DNA from: Patescibacteria group bacterium | GTDB lineage: Bacteria; Patescibacteriota; UBA1384; UBA12157; JAENIV01 | Length of the DNA: 64,000 nucleotides | Assembly: GCA_049515915.1 (NCBI GenBank) | Contig: JBEKTP010000002.1 | Location: 36,524 to 100,523 of the forward strand | Reading direction: 5' to 3' | Part shown: positions 30,456 to 38,027 of the stretch, one piece after another | Layout: each line of letters begins with the position of its first letter | Position numbering within the stretch: position 1 is the stretch's first letter | Position numbers and translations under genes: made by a program | The notes under the pieces: model-generated | Database searches by the model: none | What the model was told of the DNA's origin: nothing | What the model saw: only the letters and a program-made list of their open reading frames with translations

Positions 30456-32622
30456 ACCTCACATTCTCGTCCTCTTCCTGGCTTGGAAAATCTGGCGGGC
30501 CAGGTAACTTTTCCGGCTCTGAGCTTAAACCAGACGGTGACTGATAGGGCGGAAAATTGGGCGGGGATTGATAAGGCGGAGAGGATTGGCGGATTGGCGC
30601 GGTCGTCTGGTGACGCTCATGCTCAAGGGCGATCGGATCCATCATGACATCGCGCGGTTTAGCACCGTCCGGCGGGCCAACTATGCCGTCCTGCTCTAAA
30701 ATATCCAGTAGCCGCGCCGCCCGGGCATAACCAATCCGCAAGCGCCGCTGCAAGAGTGAGGCCGAAGCTTTGCCGGCCATCACCACCGTTTCTTTGGCTT
30801 CTTGGTAGAGTTCATCCGAGCCGGAGAGTTCGCCGCCGGGACCGTGAGAAGAGGTGGTGTGATAATTAAGAATCGATTCATCGTAAATGGCCGTCGCCTT
30901 GCTTTTTAAGAAATCGGTCACTTTCTCGACGTCTTTATCGGTGACCAAAACGCCTTGAATGCGTTTCGGCTTGCCCAACTCGTTGCCAATATAAAGCATG
31001 TCGCCGCGCCCCAACAATCGTTCGGCGCCGGAAAGATCCAAAATCGTCCGCGAGTCAACTTGGGAAGCGACCGCAAACGCAATGCGGTTGGTAATATTAG
31101 CTTTAATCAGACCGGTAATCACGTCCACCGACGGGCGCTGCGTGGCGACAACCAAATGGATGCCAACCGCCCGCGCCATCTGCGCCAACCTGACTACCGC
31201 CGCTTCCACTTCATTAGCCGCCTGAGCCATCAAATCGGCCAACTCGTCGATGAAAATAACAATGTAGGGCAATTTGCCGTTCGTCGGACTGGCGTTATAG
31301 GCTTCGATATTGCGTCGGCCGCCTTCCTGAAACAAGCGAAAGCGGCGATCCATTTCGGCGACCGTCCATTTTAAAGCCGAAATAGTTTTATCGACATCGT
31401 GAACAACCGGCGTCAAAAGATGCGGAATGCCGTTGAACTGAGTAAATTCCACCCTTTTCGGATCAACTAAAATCAACCGCAAATCCTGTGGTGAATTTTG
31501 ATAAAGCAACGCCAAAATCATCGAATTAATACAAACCGACTTGCCCGAACCGGTCGCTCCAGCAATCAAAAGGTGAGGCATGGTTTTAATGTCCACCACA
31601 AAAGGTGAACCAGCGACGTCGCGCCCTAAAGCGATGGTGAGGTTAGATTTGGCTTTAGACTTTTCGAAATCCTCCGATTCAAGAAGCTCGCGTAAGGTGA
31701 CAATCGCCTTGACTTTGTTGGGGATTTCAATGCCGACGGCCGACTTACCCGGAATAGGCGCTTCGATACGAATCGGGTGAGCGGCCAGGGCCAAAGCTAA
31801 ATCGTTTTGGCGCGCCGTAATTTGGGTCAATTTGACCCCCTCAGCCGGTTTTAAAGTGTATTGAGTGACCGTCGGACCGATGTTAACATCACCCATGGCC
31901 ACATCCATGCCAAAATCTTTAAGGGTTTTTTGAACAATTTCCACGTTTTTCGAGATATTGCCAGAAGTCGCTTTGGAAGTGCTGCCGTCGAGTAAATCAA
32001 TCGGCGGAAATTCCCAACTTGCGCCGCCAGATAAAGGCGGATAAGACGCCGGATAAGGCGATTGGCCGCGCGGCAAAGTTGTAAAAACACTTGCCCTCGG
32101 CTCATTGACCGTCACGCCCTCGCCGCTCGAACGTCCCAACCGTTCCCACAAAGCTTTAAGCGACGTGTTGAAAGCAATGAGAATAGAGACAATCGCTAAG
32201 ACGAAAACGACAATCAAACCGGCGAACGGACCCAAAAAGCCGTTGAAAAGATGTCGGATGCCCAAGCCCACACCGCCGCCAAGCGAGCCGAAAATGGCCG
32301 GCACAAAAATCAAAGATAAAATGGCGCCGATGACTGAAGAGGGCTTCAGCGGAAAGCGGTTGGGCATCAACAAGGCCGCCCCATAACCCATAAAAATAAA
32401 GGGAATCAGATAGCCGATAATTCCCCAGCCGTTAATTGACTCACGAATAAAAAAACGGCCAAAAGAACCGGCGAAGTTGAACATACCCAAAAAAGTGATC
32501 AAACCCAAGAGCAACAAAATCACCGCCACAATATCGCGAGTCGTGTCGGGATTAAGCGTCCAGTCCAACGATTCCCAAATTGAAAGCCGCTGGCCTTTGC
32601 GTCTATATTTTCGTTTAGCCAT
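30439..32622 (-). CDS. ftsK: DNA translocase FtsK
   Basis: N-terminal TMs, GATGSGKS, IDELADLM, ATQRPS, gamma domain LQRRLRIGYARAARL. Confidence 0.96.
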   Translation of the reverse strand: MAKRKYRRKGQRLSIWESLDWTLNPDTTRDIVAVILLLLGLITFLGMFNFAGSFGRFFIRESINGWGIIGYLIPFIFMGYGAALLMPNRFPLKPSSVIGAILSLIFVPAIFGSLGGGVGLGIRHLFNGFLGPFAGLIVVFVLAIVSILIAFNTSLKALWERLGRSSGEGVTVNEPRASVFTTLPRGQSPYPASYPPLSGGASWEFPPIDLLDGSTSKATSGNISKNVEIVQKTLKDFGMDVAMGDVNIGPTVTQYTLKPAEGVKLTQITARQNDLALALAAHPIRIEAPIPGKSAVGIEIPNKVKAIVTLRELLESEDFEKSKAKSNLTIALGRDVAGSPFVVDIKTMPHLLIAGATGSGKSVCINSMILALLYQNSPQDLRLILVDPKRVEFTQFNGIPHLLTPVVHDVDKTISALKWTVAEMDRRFRLFQEGGRRNIEAYNASPTNGKLPYIVIFIDELADLMAQAANEVEAAVVRLAQMARAVGIHLVVATQRPSVDVITGLIKANITNRIAFAVASQVDSRTILDLSGAERLLGRGDMLYIGNELGKPKRIQGVLVTDKDVEKVTDFLKSKATAIYDESILNYHTTSSHGPGGELSGSDELYQEAKETVVMAGKASASLLQRRLRIGYARAARLLDILEQDGIVGPPDGAKPRDVMMDPIALEHERHQTTAPIRQSSPPYQSPPNFPPYQSPSGLSSEPEKLPGPPDFPSQEEDENVRYDDRS

Positions 32623-32673
32623 AGCCCTACCTTGTGATTTCTTTAAGTTATTAATATTATAACACTCTATGTG

Positions 32674-32789
32674 AAATTTCGAAATTCGAAACAAATTCTA
32701 AATTTTAATGTTTTAAATTCTAAACGTTTGGAATTTGGGATTTGTTATTTAGATATTGTTTCGGATTTCGGATTTAGAGCTTCAGATTT
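32674..32789. repeat. Heptamer-periodic imperfect palindrome centred on aaacgttt
   Basis: Left arm aaattcg aaac aaattct..; right arm ggaattt gggattt..cggattt cggattt agagctt cagattt. Confidence 0.75.
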
Positions 32790-32805
32790 ACGAAAAAACC
32801 GCTCT

Positions 32806-32940
32806 TTAGGCGGTTTTTTCAATCGTGTCTCGATGAAACTCGGTTAGTTTCCCTGTTTCAGGATCAAATTCGGCTTGAATCTGTTCTGGTGTTTCTGAAT
32901 TATCAATTTCCTGATTAATGTCTTGAATTGTTTCAGTCAT
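32806..32940 (-). CDS. 44-aa acidic protein (not in ORF track), paralog of the next gene
   Basis: AGGAGG RBS; MTETIQDINQEIDNSETPEQIQAEFDPETGKLTEFHRDTIEKTA*; stop lies within terminator hairpin aaaaaaccgc/gcggtttttt. Confidence 0.7.
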   Translation of the reverse strand: MTETIQDINQEIDNSETPEQIQAEFDPETGKLTEFHRDTIEKTA

Positions 32941-32983
32941 GTTCCCTCCTACTATCTTTGTTTTTGTTTTATATTTATATTAT

Positions 32984-33199
32984 TTAAGCGGCTTTTCTTC
33001 CTTGTTCTTGTTCACCGCGATGAAATCTGATTACTTCCTTTGTTTCAGGATCGTAAGTTCCCTCATCGCTTTCCGGCACTTGTTTAACGACCCTGATTTT
33101 TCCGTGCGATGTTGCTAATTCCTCTTCGGTATAATCTGGTTCAATCTCCGCGGCTCTTTCTTCCTCTAAACTCATCACTCCACCTTCTTTTGATCTCAT
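32984..33199 (-). CDS. 71-aa acidic protein
   Basis: AAGGAG RBS; YDPETKEVIRFHR motif shared with 32806..32940. Confidence 0.7.
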   Translation of the reverse strand: MRSKEGGVMSLEEERAAEIEPDYTEEELATSHGKIRVVKQVPESDEGTYDPETKEVIRFHRGEQEQGRKAA

Positions 33200-33230
33200 T
33201 TCCTCTCCTTTAGTAATCTATTATTAAATC

Positions 33231-33259
33231 ATTATATCAGAAATTTTGTCTTAAGTCAA
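33231..33259 (-). promoter_or_regulatory. Sigma70-type promoter
   Basis: TTGACT-N17-TATAAT. Confidence 0.7.
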
Positions 33260-33269
33260 TGGGCTAATT

Positions 33270-33486
33270 ATTAGCGTACCAGTTTCCGGTTGATTTGCTC
33301 ACCTGTTCTTAACTATTCTATCCTCCCAAGCAGGAGGATAGACAACATTTTGCTCTTTTAAGAATGTTTGATTGGAACAAAATAAAAGCGTAAATAAGCC
33401 TGATAACCTGTAAGAAAATTCATCTTAAAAGCACAGAATGACAGCAAAATACATCAAAAAAAGCAACCGATAACTAGTACGCTAAT
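33270..33486. other. 217-bp element with 23-bp terminal inverted repeats (ncRNA or MITE-like)
   Basis: attagcgtaccagtttccggttg / caaccgataactagtacgctaat (20/23); internal ctatcctcc/ggaggatag hairpin. Confidence 0.55.
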
Positions 33487-33521
33487 CGATAATTTGGCTA
33501 ACAAAAACCGCCGCGGTTTTC

Positions 33522-34190
33522 CTACCGCGGCGGGGTACTCTTTACCCTGAGCTGGGTCGAAGGGTCGCTTTCGCCATACGGCGGCTCAAAGAGCCAGCCT
33601 AAGCGCTCTTGCCACTTAGCCTCATAAGCCGCTCGCTTTTCTTTATAAAGAGCGGCGTCGATTGCCATTGGTAGTGGCACCCGAAAAGTCCGAAAGCCAA
33701 GCAGCAGTCGCCAGCAGTGTTCGACGTAGAACAGGTCGGAGATGAGCGGACTCACTTTGACAACCTTGCCGGCTGCTTGGGCCGCCTGGGCAAACTTGCT
33801 GACGCAATCGTTAAAGTGAAAACCACCTACCACTAACTCTTCTTCGGGAATCGCCCGGACGAGCCTGTTCCAATCAGGATATTTCTTTCTGGCCCATTTG
33901 CCATATTTGCCGTTGGGCAAGACAATGACGCCGGAATCAATCACCTGATCTTCCGGGCTAAGGCCGAAGTTCTTGGCAAGGTCCGAGACTTTCCCATCCT
34001 CGTCCCGGTGAACAATGACGGCTACTCGATATCCCCTTTTCCTAAGAAAGGCCACTGCCCTCGAGGGGATAACGAACATCTTTTCCAGCTGCTCCAGCGA
34101 TATCTCCGAATCGTAAAGCCGGATACGCGCCTCGTTTTCTTCGTGAGCCGTAATGACTGCGTGCGGAAAAAGTAAGACGAGCGCTTTCAT
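33522..34190 (-). CDS. Hypothetical protein, cysteine-hydrolase (isochorismatase)-like
   Basis: EELVVGGFHFNDCVSKFAQAAQAAGKVVKV resembles the family nucleophile region; own promoter TTGAAA-N17-TATAAT at 34219-34247. Confidence 0.55.
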   Translation of the reverse strand: MKALVLLFPHAVITAHEENEARIRLYDSEISLEQLEKMFVIPSRAVAFLRKRGYRVAVIVHRDEDGKVSDLAKNFGLSPEDQVIDSGVIVLPNGKYGKWARKKYPDWNRLVRAIPEEELVVGGFHFNDCVSKFAQAAQAAGKVVKVSPLISDLFYVEHCWRLLLGFRTFRVPLPMAIDAALYKEKRAAYEAKWQERLGWLFEPPYGESDPSTQLRVKSTPPR

Positions 34191-34276
34191 CTCTTTCGCC
34201 TCCCTTTAAGGCAAACGTATTATATCAGCGAAGAGTAAAGATTTCAACCCTCGCATTAAGCTTTTTGGCGTGGGAG

Positions 34277-34305
34277 TTGACAAGGCAAATGGTCTTTGGT
34301 ACCAT
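34277..34305 (+). promoter_or_regulatory. Sigma70-type promoter
   Basis: TTGACA-N17-TACCAT with extended TG. Confidence 0.7.
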
Positions 34306-34310
34306 ATTGA

Positions 34311-34404
34311 GGTCAGAAAAACCCCAGCACAATAGCTTCCTGACTTATTGAACTACGTTCAATCACGCAGGAGTGCTGTCTGCGGGGCAAGCAAGGATCT
34401 GACC
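34311..34404 (+). ncRNA. Candidate 94-nt rod-like structured RNA or 5' leader
   Basis: Nested pairs ggtcaga/tctgacc, cccc/gggg, agcac/gtgct, tcctg/cagga, attgaac/gttcaat; starts at the predicted TSS. Confidence 0.55.
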
Positions 34405-34436
34405 CTTGAGGCCAGATTTTTGTTTTAGACACATCT

Positions 34437-34715
34437 TTGGGCGGGAGGGAAAGGTTGACTTACGACGATATCTTCAACGCCGCGAGAATCGAACAGCACA
34501 TTTCAGCAAAAGGAGAAGAAACGATCGTCGAACCCGAATCGGTGGCTCAAGAACTCGGAATCGAACCCGAGAAAGCAAGAAAAGCGCTCGACATTCACGT
34601 CGGCCTCAAATCGATGCGGCGAAAAGGAAAGGCCTACGCTTTTCCCCGCCAACTTCCTCGCCAAGATCCCCATCACGAGGCGGCTCGTAACATGCTGCCT
34701 CATCTTCACCCCTGA
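34437..34715 (+). CDS. Small HTH-like protein
   Basis: PESVAQELGIEPEKARKAL HTH-like; likely start TTG 34455 after GGGAGG. Confidence 0.55.
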   Translation: MGGRERLTYDDIFNAARIEQHISAKGEETIVEPESVAQELGIEPEKARKALDIHVGLKSMRRKGKAYAFPRQLPRQDPHHEAARNMLPHLHP

Positions 34716-34733
34716 TTTCCCCGTTGAGTTGTC

Positions 34734-34767
34734 AGCCCGTCTGCCGAAAGGTAGGCGGGCTTTTCTT
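34734..34767 (+). terminator. Intrinsic terminator
   Basis: agcccgtctgcc-gaaa-ggtaggcgggct then T-rich tail. Confidence 0.8.
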
Positions 34768-34864
34768 ATCATAAACACCGGCGTGATATCAAAAACCGCT
34801 CAAGCGGCAAAGGTAATTAACGAAATTCAATAGCAAAGATCTAAAAAATGAATTCGACAAAGAT

Positions 34865-36382
34865 TTATTCCCATTCCATCGTGGCCGGCGGTTTATTGGT
34901 AATATCATAAACAACACGATTGATAGCGGGGATTTCATTGGTAATTCGGGTCGAGATTTTTTCTAAAATCGGATAAGGAATCTTCGAAAAATTAGCGGTC
35001 ATCGCATCTTCTGATTCAATAATCCTTAAAACAATTGGGTGTTTATAGCTTCGCTCATCGCCTTGAATACCCACACTTTTAACTGGCAAAAGCACGGCAA
35101 AACTCATCCAAATCTTCTGCCAGTAGGGACTTTCGCGGAGTTCTTCCTCAATAATTCGGCCGGCCTCTCTTACAATTTTCGCTTTTTCTTGAGTGACTTC
35201 TCCTACAATCCGAACCGCCAGACCTGGGCCAGGAAAAACCTGCCGGCTTAATAATTCATGAGGAAGTTTTATTTGCCGAGCAATTGCTCTGACCTCATCT
35301 TTATACAGATCCTTCAACGGCTCATAAATTTTTAATTTTAAATTAGGGGGCAATCCGCCCACATTATGATGAGACTTTATACTTGAGGAGTTCTTGGTTA
35401 TTCCGCTTTCAATGCGATCTGGATAAATTGTTCCCTGAATAAGATAAGTAGCCTTAAGAGTCCGGGCGATTTTTTCAAAAATTTTAATAAAAAGATGACC
35501 AATGATTTTTCTTTTCAGCTCGGGTGAAGCGACCCCTTTTAGCTTTTTAAAATATTGGTGGCTGGCATCAATAATCACCAGTTTTAGATCAAAATGCGAG
35601 AAGATTTTCTTGAAATTTTCCGTTTCACCGTAACGCATCAAACCAGTGTCAACATAAACCGCAGTTAAATTTTTGCCGATGGCTTTACTGACCAAAATGG
35701 CAGCTACCGAAGAATCAATGCCGCCGGAAAGACCAATAATCGCTTTTTTGTTCTTTAAGATAGTTTTTGCTTCTAAAATGATCGCCGTTTTGTTTATCAG
35801 GAGATTTTTTTTAGATTTAATCTTACAAATGCCCACAAAATTTTTAAGGATTTCCTGGCCAGCTTTCGTGTGGGTGACCTCTGGATGAAATTGGACCCCG
35901 TAGATTTTTTCGATCGTATTTTCAATCGCCGCCATTTTGGTCTTATCTGTTTTGGCGACGATTTTAAAATCTTTTGGTAATCTTTCGACAACGTCGCGAT
36001 GGTTCATCCAGACATTCTGCTCCGGTTTTAAACCCCTAAATAAATCACTTTTAACATCTAATTTTAATTTGGTCGGACCATATTCGCCCGCTTTGCCCGG
36101 ACTCACCTTCCCACCTAAAATATGGGCGATTAACTGATGACCATAACAAATACCCAGCACCGGCAGTTTTGCCTGAAGTATCTTTTTGGTCACAACCGGC
36201 GCATTTTTAGCGTAAACCGAATAAGCCCCGCCGGAAAGGATAATTCCTTTAAAATTTTTTAAACTTTCCAAGGTAATCTTATCTGCAGACACAATAGAAT
36301 TTTCAATTCCAAGGTCTCTTAGACGACGGGCAATGAGATGACAATATTGGCCACCGAAATCGATTATAATAATTGTTTCCAT
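34865..36382 (-). CDS. guaA: GMP synthase (glutamine-hydrolysing)
   Basis: DFGGQY, LGICYGHQ, QFHPEV, SGGIDS, IKSHHNVGG, KPPATMEWE. Confidence 0.97.
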   Translation of the reverse strand: METIIIIDFGGQYCHLIARRLRDLGIENSIVSADKITLESLKNFKGIILSGGAYSVYAKNAPVVTKKILQAKLPVLGICYGHQLIAHILGGKVSPGKAGEYGPTKLKLDVKSDLFRGLKPEQNVWMNHRDVVERLPKDFKIVAKTDKTKMAAIENTIEKIYGVQFHPEVTHTKAGQEILKNFVGICKIKSKKNLLINKTAIILEAKTILKNKKAIIGLSGGIDSSVAAILVSKAIGKNLTAVYVDTGLMRYGETENFKKIFSHFDLKLVIIDASHQYFKKLKGVASPELKRKIIGHLFIKIFEKIARTLKATYLIQGTIYPDRIESGITKNSSSIKSHHNVGGLPPNLKLKIYEPLKDLYKDEVRAIARQIKLPHELLSRQVFPGPGLAVRIVGEVTQEKAKIVREAGRIIEEELRESPYWQKIWMSFAVLLPVKSVGIQGDERSYKHPIVLRIIESEDAMTANFSKIPYPILEKISTRITNEIPAINRVVYDITNKPPATMEWE

Positions 36383-36487
36383 TTTTACCTTTCTTACAAG
36401 GGTCTTTTCGTAAGATTAACATATCGATACCTTTTTTCAAGCCAAACCTTTCGACAATTCTCAGGGTAACTTCTCAATAAACTCGAA

Positions 36488-36835
36488 ATAAAACAAAAAG
36501 AGCGATCGAGAATGACCCAATATTATTTTAAATTAATGATCATCTGTCGCTCTTTTTGATACTACCGTCTCGATGTTGCTGCAAACATCGACAAACCATT
36601 GGCAAACGAGTGCATCCTACCATCCTAAAATAAGATAGTAAGAAAAAGTTCACCAATCTTGCCGTATGATGCTAAGGTGCAATTGTTCCCTTTTGTCTTT
36701 GTTTCCCCTCTTTGCAGAATAATGCGAATATCAGTTAATAACTAAAAAACGGCAAGAAGAAAGTGTTTGAGTTTCTCTCCAGCACTTACCTCTCGTCGCT
36801 TCTTCCCCTCCTTGTTAAAGTACTTTTGATTTTCT
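36488..36835 (-). ncRNA. Candidate ~345-nt structured non-coding RNA
   Basis: Promoter TTGACA-N17-TATGAT at 36842-36870; several hairpins; closing aaaaagagcga/tcgctcttttt terminator-like stem; no ORF of 60 aa or more. Confidence 0.45.
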
Positions 36836-36994
36836 GAATCAATCATAACATGGAAATTTTGGCTTGTCAAGCGTCGAATCTGTAAGGGCCCACTTGACAA
36901 ACATAAAATCTAGATTAAGATATCACAATTTTATCTGTTTAAAAACAACTGGCCGCGTCATCGACGCGGCCATTCGAACCGTTCGGGCGTGGCT

Positions 36995-37471
36995 TCACGC
37001 TGCTACCGCCCGAGAATTGTCTTCGAGAATCCACACCATGAGAGCAGTCCAGTGCAGTTGGTCAGCCAGGTCGTCGCAAGTTCTGTAGAGCAGAACGGGT
37101 TCTGCCTCCTCTGCAAATTCGTAACGTCGAACCCCATAAGGACTATCATCGTCCAGCCGGACGTGATCGAGTAGCATCTTGATAAGTCTTGGCCACTCGA
37201 TCGGGAAAGTTGTTCGGCTCGACTCGGGCAAATCGTAATCTTCGATTAGTAACAGGCGATCAACGTCGAGACGCAGAGCGCTGCAGTTACCGACGCCATC
37301 CTTCGTATAGACGGTCAGAGCTTGGCTAGCAGCAAGCCGAAAGAGAATCTCGGAAAGCTTCATCCGCGCAACCAGCATTCGCCGGGCTTTTCGGCACCGG
37401 TCAACTAACTTAACGAGCTGCGCCATTGCCATTAGCAGCCATACTGCCAACAGAGCCAGACCGATTTTCAT
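36995..37471 (-). CDS. Hypothetical membrane-anchored protein
   Basis: GGAGGAG RBS before MKIGLALL; hairpin ggccgcgtc/gacgcggcc downstream. Confidence 0.6.
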   Translation of the reverse strand: MKIGLALLAVWLLMAMAQLVKLVDRCRKARRMLVARMKLSEILFRLAASQALTVYTKDGVGNCSALRLDVDRLLLIEDYDLPESSRTTFPIEWPRLIKMLLDHVRLDDDSPYGVRRYEFAEEAEPVLLYRTCDDLADQLHWTALMVWILEDNSRAVAA

Positions 37472-37880
37472 CCGCGCTCCTCCCGCTTGTTTGACCGAAA
37501 AAGCCAAGGACGTGCTCGCCGAAGGGCTCGCCATCAATCATCGGCAAGACCAACGAGCCCAAAAGTGAACCATAGCCGAGCAAGAAAAGAAGGACGACAC
37601 CAACCGCTGATTTCTTCTCTTCGCCAAAGAAGATCGGAATAGCCAAGAGACCACAGACGAGCCAGCTGAGGGCGAGGATGACCCGAAACCAGATCGCCTC
37701 ATACGGCAGTCGGAACCGACCGAAGAGGACGACCGACTCGACGATCAAGGGTAGTACGAAGAGCAGCGCAAACCACCAAAGAGCATGACGACGGTGACGG
37801 GCCTTTTCATCATCTTTTTGGCGCCGATCACTCACTCTTCTCTGAGCAGCCGAATCCATGATTTCCTCCCGACGAGACAT
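37410..37880 (-). CDS. Hypothetical 3-TM membrane protein
   Basis: Three hydrophobic helices; GC-richer than flanks; start uncertain. Confidence 0.55.
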   Translation of the reverse strand: MSRREEIMDSAAQRRVSDRRQKDDEKARHRRHALWWFALLFVLPLIVESVVLFGRFRLPYEAIWFRVILALSWLVCGLLAIPIFFGEEKKSAVGVVLLFLLGYGSLLGSLVLPMIDGEPFGEHVLGFFGQTSGRSADENRSGSVGSMAANGNGAAR

Positions 37881-38027
37881 AATGGCGCGGTCTTCTACAA
37901 ACGAACTCATCGCTCCTACTCTCTGCTTATTACAGACGAAACAAAATTGCAAGTGATATGCAAAAACCCCGTCGACAATGCCCCGGGGTTTTTGCTCTCT
38001 AACTATTTAATTATCCGACCATCTATT

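Noticed and set aside
36488-36835. Purine riboswitch, T-box, tmRNA or RNase P assignment
   Set aside because: Signature sequences not found; kept only as an unknown ncRNA candidate
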